A stretch of DNA of 64,000 nt from an uncultured archaeon (GCA_963787445.1 CAWBCT010000005.1:288001-352000), one strand, 5' to 3'. Counted from the stretch's first letter, positions 1 to 7,805 are shown. Translations and numbers: made by a program. The notes: generated by a model not told the origin, from the sequence alone.

Positions 1-299
1 GCAATCACTATGTCTATCTGCGCCGGATCTATCTCGTGGGGTTCAAGCTTGAAGAAGTCGCCGGGAATCAGGGTCAGGTTGTCGAACTTCAGCATCACGT
101 CAAGGAAATCATACAGCTTCGGGTCCTTCTCCACCGCGATTACGCTCTTCGCGACAGCGCAGAGCCTCTTCGTGAGCATCCCGCGGCCCGCCCCTATCTC
201 AAGCACGCGCTTGCCGTTCGCATGCGCTGCCTCGGCCTCGGCTACCCCCGTATTTGTCAGGAAGTTCTGGCCCAGACGGCGTCTGGCTTTGTGACCCAT
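1..299 (-). CDS. ksgA: 16S rRNA adenine dimethyltransferase KsgA/RsmA/Dim1 (5' part; runs off the window start)
   Basis: Not in the ORF track. Manual translation from ATG at 299 gives MGHKARRRLGQNFLTN...VLEIGAGRGMLT...VIAVEKD, i.e. the KsgA GQNFL motif plus SAM-binding motif I. Confidence 0.93.
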   Translation of the reverse strand, partial: MGHKARRRLGQNFLTNTGVAEAEAAHANGKRVLEIGAGRGMLTKRLCAVAKSVIAVEKDPKLYDFLDVMLKFDNLTLIPGDFFKLEPHEIDPAQIDIVI

Positions 300-354
300 A
301 AAATCATTATAAATATTGCACAGACCTATATAAATCTTCAAAAGGTGCAGGCCA

Positions 355-969
355 ATGAACATGACTTCAACGCTCTCATCCTTGCTGGGATTGGGTTCGG
401 TAAACACATTCATCTTGCATTATGGCTACCTAGCCATACTCGTGCTTATGGCCCTAGAGGCCGCCTCCCTGCCAATACCGAGCGAGGTGATACTTCCAGT
501 GGCGGGATATTTCATCGCACAGGGAACCCTGACTTTTCTAGGCGTGCTCGTTGTCGCACTCGTGGGCGAGATCATAGGTATGTCGATAGACTACTTCATA
601 GCCTACTACCTGAACAAGGCCGTGGTTTACAAGCACCTTGGGTTCTTCCACCTGACGGCATCAAGACTTGACGCGTTCGACAGGTGGTTCCAGAGGAACG
701 GGAGCTTTGCGGTTTTCTCACTCAGGCTTGTGCCCATAGTCAGGGGTCTTATAAGCTTCCCCGCGGGCTTCGCAAAGATGCCGAAGAAACAGTTCTACTT
801 CTACTCCATACTGGGCTCTCTGATCTGGAACATGCTTCTGATCGGGTTCGGCTACTACGCGCTCAGCCAGAGCAGCATAGGCCTGGCGGTGATCCTGATG
901 GCTGTGCTAGGGGTGTTTCTTTACATATTCTACGAGATCGTGGTCAGAAAAATAAGAAAGCGCGCCTGA
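355..969 (+). CDS. DedA family membrane protein
   Basis: LEAASLPIPSEVILP, RLVPIVRGLISFPAG, multiple TM segments. Confidence 0.93.
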   Translation: MNMTSTLSSLLGLGSVNTFILHYGYLAILVLMALEAASLPIPSEVILPVAGYFIAQGTLTFLGVLVVALVGEIIGMSIDYFIAYYLNKAVVYKHLGFFHLTASRLDAFDRWFQRNGSFAVFSLRLVPIVRGLISFPAGFAKMPKKQFYFYSILGSLIWNMLLIGFGYYALSQSSIGLAVILMAVLGVFLYIFYEIVVRKIRKRA

Positions 970-1305
970 TTACTCCTCTTCCTTCTTCGGTTTCTCTATG
1001 ATGTACTTCTCGACTATCTTGATTACCTGGTCGATGGAGCGCTTGATGTCCGCCTCGGTCTTCGAGCCTGCGCAGATCACCTTCCCGTTCTTGAACAGAA
1101 GCAGGGCGGTCTTCGGGTCGGCTATCTTGCAGATCGCGCCCGGGAACTGCTCGGGCTCGTAGTCCACGTCGGGCGAGTTCTTCGCTATGGCGTAGAGGTC
1201 CAGCTCGACGCCCAGGTCTGCGCTGGCTACGATGTTGACTATCTTAAAATCAGGGTGAAGCAGCGCCTTCATGTTCGGCTTCTTTGGCTTCGGTTTCGCT
1301 ACCAT
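970..1305 (-). CDS. Single-repeat TATA-box-binding protein (half-TBP)
   Basis: IVNIVASADL...YEPEQFPG...LLLFKNGKVICAGSKT is exactly one TBP repeat; 111 aa. Confidence 0.9.
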   Translation of the reverse strand: MVAKPKPKKPNMKALLHPDFKIVNIVASADLGVELDLYAIAKNSPDVDYEPEQFPGAICKIADPKTALLLFKNGKVICAGSKTEADIKRSIDQVIKIVEKYIIEKPKKEEE

Positions 1306-1311
1306 GGTGAT

Positions 1312-1331
1312 CCTTTATAAACCTTTATAAA
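1312..1331. repeat. Tandem 10-bp direct repeat CCTTTATAAA x2, each containing palindromic TTTATAAA
   Basis: Seen directly at 1312-1321 and 1322-1331 in the divergent half-TBP/rpl21e intergenic region. Confidence 0.7.
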
Positions 1332-1404
1332 TAGACGTGAAAGGTATATATATGTTTTTCTGTCAAACTATCTTGAGCTATTTATCTATCAGCGGAGGAG
1401 CTAC

Positions 1405-1698
1405 ATGACCCAGCGTTCACACGGATTGTTCTCAGGCAGAAGCAGGCACCTTGCCCGCCACAACATGCCTTCCAAGTTAGGCATAACCAAGAAGATCAAG
1501 CAGTTCGAGATAGGGAGCAAGGTGCAGGTGATGCCCAAGGGCAACTTCAGGAACATCCCGCACCCCAGGTACAGGAACAAGATAGCAACAGTCATAGGCA
1601 AGCGGGGAGAGGCCTACGTCGTAGAGATAAAGGTCGGCAAGTCGATAAGGCGAAGGCTGATAGTGCCGCAGATACACCTGGACTACTTCTCCGCATAG
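1405..1698 (+). CDS. rpl21e: 50S ribosomal protein eL21 (L21e)
   Basis: RSHGLFSGRSRHL, PHPRYRNKIATVIGKRGEAYVVEI, LIVPQIHL. Confidence 0.93.
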   Translation: MTQRSHGLFSGRSRHLARHNMPSKLGITKKIKQFEIGSKVQVMPKGNFRNIPHPRYRNKIATVIGKRGEAYVVEIKVGKSIRRRLIVPQIHLDYFSA

Positions 1699-1733
1699 CT
1701 TTCGGCAGTTCTAGAAAAAAATAGGGCTTAGCC

Positions 1734-2531
1734 TTAGCTGAAGGTGAGCGACTGGGTTGCGGAGCAGCCCTTTAGGAACATGGCATTGACGGTCAGGCTT
1801 GTCGGGGTGGAGGCGGTTATGTAGGTGGTCGCTGTGCCGTTCGCATTCGAGAGAGTATAGGAGGGGGCGATCACGCCGAGAGCGCTCGAGGAGGTGAAGT
1901 TCACCGTCGCACCGGCTATGGTGGTTCCGCCGTAGGCTATTATCGCGGTGAGCATGTCGGGGGTGCCGTGCACAGGGGTTGCCGTTGCGGCGGTGAGGCC
2001 GATGCTGCAGGTGGAGATGGCGGTGTACGGGCCTGTGCGGGTTGAGAAGGTGCCGTTAAAGCTCTCAAGGACGTTTGCGGTGCAGCTTGCAGTCCCGATC
2101 TGGGTGCAGACGGTCTGGTTGTAGACCATGAAGCCGGTGAGGGTTGTGCCTATGGTGAACGGGCTGGCACCTGTTGCGTTGCAGATTACCGAGCCGCCGC
2201 TTAGGACGAAACCCGGGCCGCAGCGGGTGCGGATGTTGCCGTAGGAGCTGACGTTGATGTATAGGGTGGGATTGACTATCGCATAGTCCTGCCCGTTTGT
2301 TATGAATACCTGGTAGATGGAGTTCGCGGTGTTGGAGGTTATGACTATGTCGCTGCACGGGACTGCGACCGAGAACGTGCATTGGGAGGGCACGGCAACA
2401 AGCAGCTCGTTGAGCAGGAAGTAGACCACCGCCATGGCGCCGACTATTATTATGATTGCCCAGCTGTAGGTGGTGAGAAATTCCACCGCGGACTGGCCGC
2501 GCAGGGCCTTGCTCTGAGCCTCGTTGTCCAT
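1734..2531 (-). CDS. Class III signal-peptide (pilin-like) surface protein with C-terminal Ig-like (Big-1) domain
   Basis: RGQSAVEFL cleavage motif plus hydrophobic helix; C-terminal GATVNFTSS...SNANGTATTYIT. Confidence 0.75.
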   Translation of the reverse strand: MDNEAQSKALRGQSAVEFLTTYSWAIIIIVGAMAVVYFLLNELLVAVPSQCTFSVAVPCSDIVITSNTANSIYQVFITNGQDYAIVNPTLYINVSSYGNIRTRCGPGFVLSGGSVICNATGASPFTIGTTLTGFMVYNQTVCTQIGTASCTANVLESFNGTFSTRTGPYTAISTCSIGLTAATATPVHGTPDMLTAIIAYGGTTIAGATVNFTSSSALGVIAPSYTLSNANGTATTYITASTPTSLTVNAMFLKGCSATQSLTFS

Positions 2532-2584
2532 CGCATCCTATCGGGACTAAGTCCTTTTAACGCTTTTGGAATAGCGAGAAGTAT

Positions 2585-2605
2585 GTGGGCCCGGAGAGAT
2601 TTGAA
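2585..2605 (-). repeat. att-like duplicate of the tRNA-Ile 3' end
   Basis: Identical 21/21 to 3161-3181. Confidence 0.9.
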
Positions 2606-2612
2606 TCTTTTA

Positions 2613-2990
2613 TTATTTTCTGCTCTCTTTATTCTCAATTCTTTTTACAAATTGACAGTTCATACAAAGAACTTGATATCTGTTTGGATAGTTATTGTTT
2701 CTAAGCCACCTGTAAAATGGGTGTCCTGACGATAATGTGTTTCCTAATTCCTTGCGTTGCTCTGCACCATTCCCGTACACATGATCAATTGTTAATACTC
2801 TTATGTCTATTATTGGGCTTTCTAAAGGAAAATATTTGTGATGGAGTGCACATTTGATATTATTATTACTATAATGCATTAAAACTTCTTTTTTAACTTT
2901 TATAACATATTCTTTGTGAAGAGAATGACGGTGTGTAGCAGTTCTAATACGATATTTCTTCATGTAAGCTCTTTTGTTTTCCAATTCCAT
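2613..2990 (-). CDS. HNH-type (His-Me) endonuclease-like protein
   Basis: LTIDHVYGNG...YQVLCMNCQFVK. ATG at 2990 overlaps the upstream stop (TGATG); the ORF track starts it at GTG 2993. Confidence 0.75.
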   Translation of the reverse strand: MELENKRAYMKKYRIRTATHRHSLHKEYVIKVKKEVLMHYSNNNIKCALHHKYFPLESPIIDIRVLTIDHVYGNGAEQRKELGNTLSSGHPFYRWLRNNNYPNRYQVLCMNCQFVKRIENKESRK

Positions 2991-3109
2991 CACTTCATTC
3001 TTCTAATTATAACATAGTCTCCATTCTTTATTTTGGAGCTCGCAGGTATAGTTATCAAGAGTTGTCCATTAGACTTATTTTTCCAAACTTTCATTATTAT
3101 TCTCTCCAT
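2990..3109 (-). CDS. 39-aa putative AbrB/SpoVT-like DNA-binding protein
   Basis: Manual translation MERIIMKVWKNKSNGQLLITIPASSKIKNGDYVIIRRMK; GQ-xx-ITIP...GD-x-V pattern; stop overlaps the HNH start. Confidence 0.6.
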   Translation of the reverse strand: MERIIMKVWKNKSNGQLLITIPASSKIKNGDYVIIRRMK

Positions 3110-3161
3110 ATTTTAATATTAATTAATATTAAACTAAATACTTTTCTATTGAATGTTTAGG

Positions 3162-3298
3162 TGGGCCCGGAGAGATTTGAACTCTCGGCCTCCCGATTTC
3201 CGCGTTGAAAAGAATCAACACATATCAGTCGGGTGCTCCAACCAGACTTTCAGCCTTGCACAATAATCTAAGTTACTGTACAAGAAAGCTACGGGCCC
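3162..3298 (-). tRNA. tRNA-Ile(GAT) with two introns (13/14: 3249-3285, 37 nt; 37/38: 3198-3222, 25 nt)
   Basis: Removing both introns gives GGGCCCG TA GCTT AGTCTGGTTG GAGC A CCCGA CTGATAA TCGGG AGGCC GAGAG TTCAAAT CTCTC CGGGCCC A; both introns form hairpins. Confidence 0.92.
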
Positions 3299-3365
3299 AC
3301 TTCTTTTACTCAGAAGGAGCAGTAGTATTTAGTAATAAAAACCTCTTTATGCATATCGTATGTGA

Positions 3366-4856
3366 TTATTCCGCATGCGAAGTAACCTTGTTTACGATGC
3401 AGTAGCCGTTCATAACCCCATGCAATATATTCGGGTTGGCAAAGTAGGTGACAGGCAGATATTTCCAAGCAGATTGTGAGGCACAGTTGCTGGATATGAT
3501 GGATGAGTAGGGCACTACGAAATAGAAGTCCACCAATGAGTAGGTGCTGTTTGAGAGCAGGTAGGGGATTGTGGTGTTGTAAACCAGGAAGGCCGTGCCG
3601 TTAGAGTAGAGATACTTGGCATAGACCGTGCTGGTGCTCCCCAAGAACTCAAACGTTGCGCTCGCCGTGCCGGGGCTCTGCAAAGACTCCGGAAGCGGGG
3701 AGCCGGCGTAGCCAACATAGGCCAGAATGGATGCGCTGAGCGTGTTATTCTCTATTGTCAGCGTTGTGCTGGTGCCGCTTCTGGACACGAATGTTGAAGG
3801 ATACCCTGGAAGCGTGAGCAGTGAGGTCTGCAGACCCGCCATTAGCGATGTGGATCCCGTACTGTATCCAGTATTCAGCAGGTAGGGGGAAACGTAAACC
3901 ACGTTCGTATAATTTAGGGTGAGAAGCAAATAGGCAAAAGAGAACGCGATCACAGCAGCCAGGAAGGGCGTCATGTAACTCGCTCTTGCCTGGTTTTTCC
4001 TTTGGCTGCGCTTGAGTTCAAGGCCGTATCTCTTGAGGAGCAGCACCATCAGGACTATCACTACATAGAAGACGATTATCCCTGCAAAAAGGTGCAGAAG
4101 GGACAGGGCGGAGCTTGGGCCGTAGGCTATCCAGAGCGCTGCAATAAGGCTCATCCTGGCAAGGTTGAGCACGAAGAATAGTACAATCGCGCTGAGGATC
4201 CACAGCGCTTTGCGTTTTATCTCTCCGTCAAAAAGATAGGCCAGAGGCAGAAGCAGCATCACCGTCGCCAGGAGAAGGCCCACTCCTACGCAGCTCTCAC
4301 CGATTCCTATCCTATAACCGGCTGCAAGGATGGTTATTGGCGGGGAGTAGGCGATGTGCGGGACTGCTGTGCTGAGTATGTAATAAACAAGCCGGGTGTT
4401 AGCCGATGCGAAGGCGGCGTTTAGGTTTAGGAGTGGCGTAAGAAGCAGCGGTGAGGCGAAGAGCGCATAGATTAGAAGCGGCGCGAAGCGCTTGAGGGCT
4501 TTTGCCCCGAATATCAGGCATATCAAAGAGGCCAGAAGGATCGGCATCAGCAGGAGGTCAACTCGGTAGCTGAAGAAAAGGTACGAGAGTGTCAAACGCA
4601 GGAAAAAGTACGCAAGCAGAAAGGCGGCGAAAAGCCCTATGCCTATTGCAAGGTCCTGCGCCTGGGCGTCCGCCTCCGGCGGCTTGCGCAGGTAGAACAG
4701 CGCAAAAAGAGGCAGCATCAGCAGAGGTATGACTGCGTAGGTGGATGGGTCGGTGTCGCTGATGGTGAGCGGCGTCAGGAAAAGGGAGCTCGCGAGCACC
4801 ACGGCCATGAGCACCGCAAGCAGCAGAACTCCGATAGTTGCGCGATCGTGCCTCAC
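3366..4856 (-). CDS. Exosortase/archaeosortase-family membrane protein with C-terminal extracellular domain
   Basis: IGESCVG (Cys), NLARM (Arg), LHLFAG (His) in a polytopic membrane protein. Confidence 0.75.
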   Translation of the reverse strand: MRHDRATIGVLLLAVLMAVVLASSLFLTPLTISDTDPSTYAVIPLLMLPLFALFYLRKPPEADAQAQDLAIGIGLFAAFLLAYFFLRLTLSYLFFSYRVDLLLMPILLASLICLIFGAKALKRFAPLLIYALFASPLLLTPLLNLNAAFASANTRLVYYILSTAVPHIAYSPPITILAAGYRIGIGESCVGVGLLLATVMLLLPLAYLFDGEIKRKALWILSAIVLFFVLNLARMSLIAALWIAYGPSSALSLLHLFAGIIVFYVVIVLMVLLLKRYGLELKRSQRKNQARASYMTPFLAAVIAFSFAYLLLTLNYTNVVYVSPYLLNTGYSTGSTSLMAGLQTSLLTLPGYPSTFVSRSGTSTTLTIENNTLSASILAYVGYAGSPLPESLQSPGTASATFEFLGSTSTVYAKYLYSNGTAFLVYNTTIPYLLSNSTYSLVDFYFVVPYSSIISSNCASQSAWKYLPVTYFANPNILHGVMNGYCIVNKVTSHAE

Positions 4857-4976
4857 GGTTGCACCATTTTGTCCTCCGTCGATATAGGCTTCATCAAGTA
4901 TCAGCAGTTACTCTTGTCTTCACAGGACGGTATTTATACTCCTTACGCCTATAAAGACTTTATCTTGGGTTTGGAG

Positions 4977-5417
4977 ATGGAGAAGCGATTCAGGTACATT
5001 CCACACACGGCGGACATAGGCTTCATAGCCTACGGCAGGACTTTCGGCAAGGCTATTGAGAGCTCAGTCTTGGCCATGATAACCATCATGTTCGACATGA
5101 AGAAGCTGGACAAGCACAAGGCGAGGGTGAAAAGCATCACGATAAAGGAGAAGGCCAAGTCGGAGGAGGACCTGGTGTGGTTCACCTTGCAGAGGGTTTT
5201 GCAATCAATCCAGATTAAATCACTAAGTCCTTTGGAATTCAAGGTCGGGTCAGTCAAGAAATCAAAAGAGGGCCTGCAACTAAGTGGAAAGCTTCTTTAC
5301 GCGGCTACGGACAGTGAAAAGTACGGTTTGCTGGAGGTGAAGGCAGTAACGCCGCACGAGCTCTCGGTAACCAGGAAGGATGGCATGTTCAGGATAAAGG
5401 TAATCGTCGATATTTGA
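4977..5417 (+). CDS. Archease (RtcB cofactor)
   Basis: FRYIPHTADI, EVKAVTPH, C-terminal IVDI; start moved to ATG 4977. Confidence 0.92.
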   Translation: MEKRFRYIPHTADIGFIAYGRTFGKAIESSVLAMITIMFDMKKLDKHKARVKSITIKEKAKSEEDLVWFTLQRVLQSIQIKSLSPLEFKVGSVKKSKEGLQLSGKLLYAATDSEKYGLLEVKAVTPHELSVTRKDGMFRIKVIVDI

Positions 5418-5426
5418 TGTGATTTC

Positions 5427-5927
5427 TTGGACGAGAAAGATGTAATTGCAAAGATTAAGGAGCTTGGAAGAAAACTGCCAAAGTTCCCTGATGGAAGAAT
5501 AAATTATAGGGATACAGACTACGCCCCAGTAATAAATGTTTTCATCGCTTATGGCGATGAACTGCTGATGTTCAAGAGAAGTGACAAGGTTGGGACATAT
5601 AAGGGAAAGTGGAATACAGTTGCAGGTTATCTTGATAGGCCAGAACCTCTAAGGAATAAGGCACTTGGAGAACTTAGAGAGGAAACAGGAATCACGATTG
5701 ACGATATATCACTTCTGATCCAAGGGGAGCCTCATGAGGATTATGACGAGGAAATCTACAAGACCTGGCTCGTTTGCCCCTTCCTAGTTGAACTCACTAA
5801 GAAACCAGATGTGAAACTTGACTTTGAGCACACAGAGTGCAAGTGGGTGAAGGTTAATGAGCTTCATAAATTAGATCTGGTGCCTGGAATGGAACAGAGC
5901 TACAGGATGCTTTTGGGTAAAAAGTAG
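5427..5927 (+). CDS. NUDIX hydrolase
   Basis: Nudix box AGYLDRPEPLRNKALGELREETG; EHTECKWV. Confidence 0.88.
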   Translation: MDEKDVIAKIKELGRKLPKFPDGRINYRDTDYAPVINVFIAYGDELLMFKRSDKVGTYKGKWNTVAGYLDRPEPLRNKALGELREETGITIDDISLLIQGEPHEDYDEEIYKTWLVCPFLVELTKKPDVKLDFEHTECKWVKVNELHKLDLVPGMEQSYRMLLGKK

Positions 5928-5929
5928 GT

Positions 5930-6460
5930 TTAAACATCAAGCTCTTTTAGGATGAAGTTTACTCTTTCCGGAACTGGAAGTTTGGGCACTGGAACTATCT
6001 CGTATCCAGAATCAACATATGCATTTTTCATATGCCTAGTTATTGTAAGCGCCAGGCTAAAGGGCTCCTTGCGCTCAGCATCGTTGGCGTATATCTCTTC
6101 CCATGGCTCTGTAAAGAATACTTTTTTGTTGAAACGGTATTTTTTGACAGTCTCGATAAGGCGTGGGAACGGCGGGATGTTGGAGCTATGGAGATAGCCT
6201 ATGTTGTCCACAAAGCTCCTGTCAAGAAAGCAGATGTCCTCAGATGCCGATAAATACTGCTTAACCTGCCGTTCAAGAAGTAGCTCGTTGAATGAGAGCA
6301 GGTCTATCCACGGAAGGGATTTGCTATTCGCTTCCGTGAGTTCTTTTATCAGTATTCGGCTCTCTTCTGGAAAGCATTTGAACCCTTTCTCCATGAGCCC
6401 GTTGAGTATGGAGGTTTTGCCTCCGCCCGGGGCGCCGGTTATTACAAAGACGTTGCTCAT
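5930..6460 (-). CDS. AAA_28-type P-loop ATPase/kinase
   Basis: VITGAPGGGKT, FLDRS, IYANDAERKE. Confidence 0.82.
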   Translation of the reverse strand: MSNVFVITGAPGGGKTSILNGLMEKGFKCFPEESRILIKELTEANSKSLPWIDLLSFNELLLERQVKQYLSASEDICFLDRSFVDNIGYLHSSNIPPFPRLIETVKKYRFNKKVFFTEPWEEIYANDAERKEPFSLALTITRHMKNAYVDSGYEIVPVPKLPVPERVNFILKELDV

Positions 6461-6467
6461 CCAATCA

Positions 6468-7727
6468 TTAGGTGCCTTCTTTCCAGCTGGACTGGTACTT
6501 TATCTGCTCAGCTGTCTGCGTGTCTATCTTGATTCCCATGGCCTGGAGTTGGAGTTCGGCAATCTGGTCATCTATCTCAACAGGCAGGGTGATCACGTCT
6601 GGCTTGAGAGTGGATTTGTTTTTTACTAGGTACTCGCAGGCGAGCGCCTGGCCGGCAAAACTGGTAGCCATGACCTCGCTTGGGTGCCCTTCGGCGGCTG
6701 AAAGGTTTACGAGCCTGCCTTCGGCGCACACATAGATCCGGTTCTTGCCAATTGTGTATTCGTCCAACGCGGGTCTTATCCTCCTTTTCTTTCCAGCCTT
6801 GTTGAGACCGAGGACGTCTATCTCGACGTCGAAATGCCCGGAGTTCGCGACTATCGCGCCATCCTTCATCAGCTTTGCGTGTTCGGTCGTTATGACATTC
6901 TTGTTTCCGGTCACCGTTATGAATAGGTCTCCGAGTTTTGCTGCATCGGCCATTGGCATTACCCTAAATCCATCGAGCGCTGCCTGGAGTGCCTTGAAAT
7001 TGTCTATTTCGGTGACTATCACATTTGCGCCCAGGCCCTTGCCTCGCAGCGATACCCCCTTGCCACAGCTGCCATAGCCCGCGACCACCAGCGTTTTCCC
7101 TGCTATTAGGACATTGGTCGCTCTAAGAACACCGTCGAACGTGGACTGGCCAGTACCATAATAATTGTCCAGCAGATGCTTCGTCAAGTTGTCATTGACG
7201 GCGATTACAGGGTACTTTAGATCTCCTTCGCGCTTCATCGAATGGAGACGTATTATGCCGGTGGTTGTCTCTTCGCACCCGCCAATTATACCACTTATCT
7301 GCCCTTGATGCTTTGTGTGGATTCGCGTTACAAGATCGCATCCATCGTCAATGGTGATGTTGGGCTTTTGCGCAATTACGTTGTCTATGTAGCGGTAGTA
7401 ATCTTCGACTGTCTCTCCCTTATACCCATAGACGCTGATGCCCTCTTTTGCAAGGGCTGCTGCTACGTCATCTTGTGTGGAAAGCGGGTTGCAGCTCGCT
7501 ATCGCAACGTTTGCACCGCCAGCTCGCAGCGTTTTTACCAAAACGGCGGTTTCCTTGGTCAGGTGGAGCGCCATTCCTATGGTTAGACCCTTGAAAGGCT
7601 TCTCCTTTGCAAACCGGTCTCGTATCTTCATGACTATTTGCATCCTGCTCTCAGCCATCTCTATATTCAGCTTGCCCTGCTCTGCGAGAGAGAGATCTTT
7701 AACCTCATAACTAGCGTTCTTGTCCAT
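6468..7727 (-). CDS. ahcY: Adenosylhomocysteinase
   Basis: SCNPLSTQD, EETTTG, KHLLDNYYGTGQS, GRLVNL, GHPSEVM. Confidence 0.97.
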   Translation of the reverse strand: MDKNASYEVKDLSLAEQGKLNIEMAESRMQIVMKIRDRFAKEKPFKGLTIGMALHLTKETAVLVKTLRAGGANVAIASCNPLSTQDDVAAALAKEGISVYGYKGETVEDYYRYIDNVIAQKPNITIDDGCDLVTRIHTKHQGQISGIIGGCEETTTGIIRLHSMKREGDLKYPVIAVNDNLTKHLLDNYYGTGQSTFDGVLRATNVLIAGKTLVVAGYGSCGKGVSLRGKGLGANVIVTEIDNFKALQAALDGFRVMPMADAAKLGDLFITVTGNKNVITTEHAKLMKDGAIVANSGHFDVEIDVLGLNKAGKKRRIRPALDEYTIGKNRIYVCAEGRLVNLSAAEGHPSEVMATSFAGQALACEYLVKNKSTLKPDVITLPVEIDDQIAELQLQAMGIKIDTQTAEQIKYQSSWKEGT

Positions 7728-7805
7728 TATATCACAGCGAATTTATTTGGTTACATAAAGGCTAAATAACAATATCTCCGTTGGAAAATTTTACTCTGAA
7801 ATATA

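Larger units (their letters stand above)
2585..3181 (-). mobile_element. tRNA-Ile-integrated mini-element (576 bp between att-like repeats), no integrase
   Basis: 21-bp direct repeat GTGGGCCCGGAGAGATTTGAA at 2585-2605 and 3161-3181 equals the tRNA 3' end from the T-loop onward; the interior is visibly much more AT-rich than the flanks. Confidence 0.8.

Noticed and set aside
10-671. Plus-strand ORFs 10-294 and 36-671
   Set aside because: Shadows of ksgA (minus strand) and DedA; no motifs.
3205-3405. 66-aa plus-strand ORF
   Set aside because: Lies antisense across tRNA-Ile; spurious.
4848-4976. N-terminal extension of the archease ORF
   Set aside because: Covers the divergent promoter region; the family motif starts at ATG 4977.
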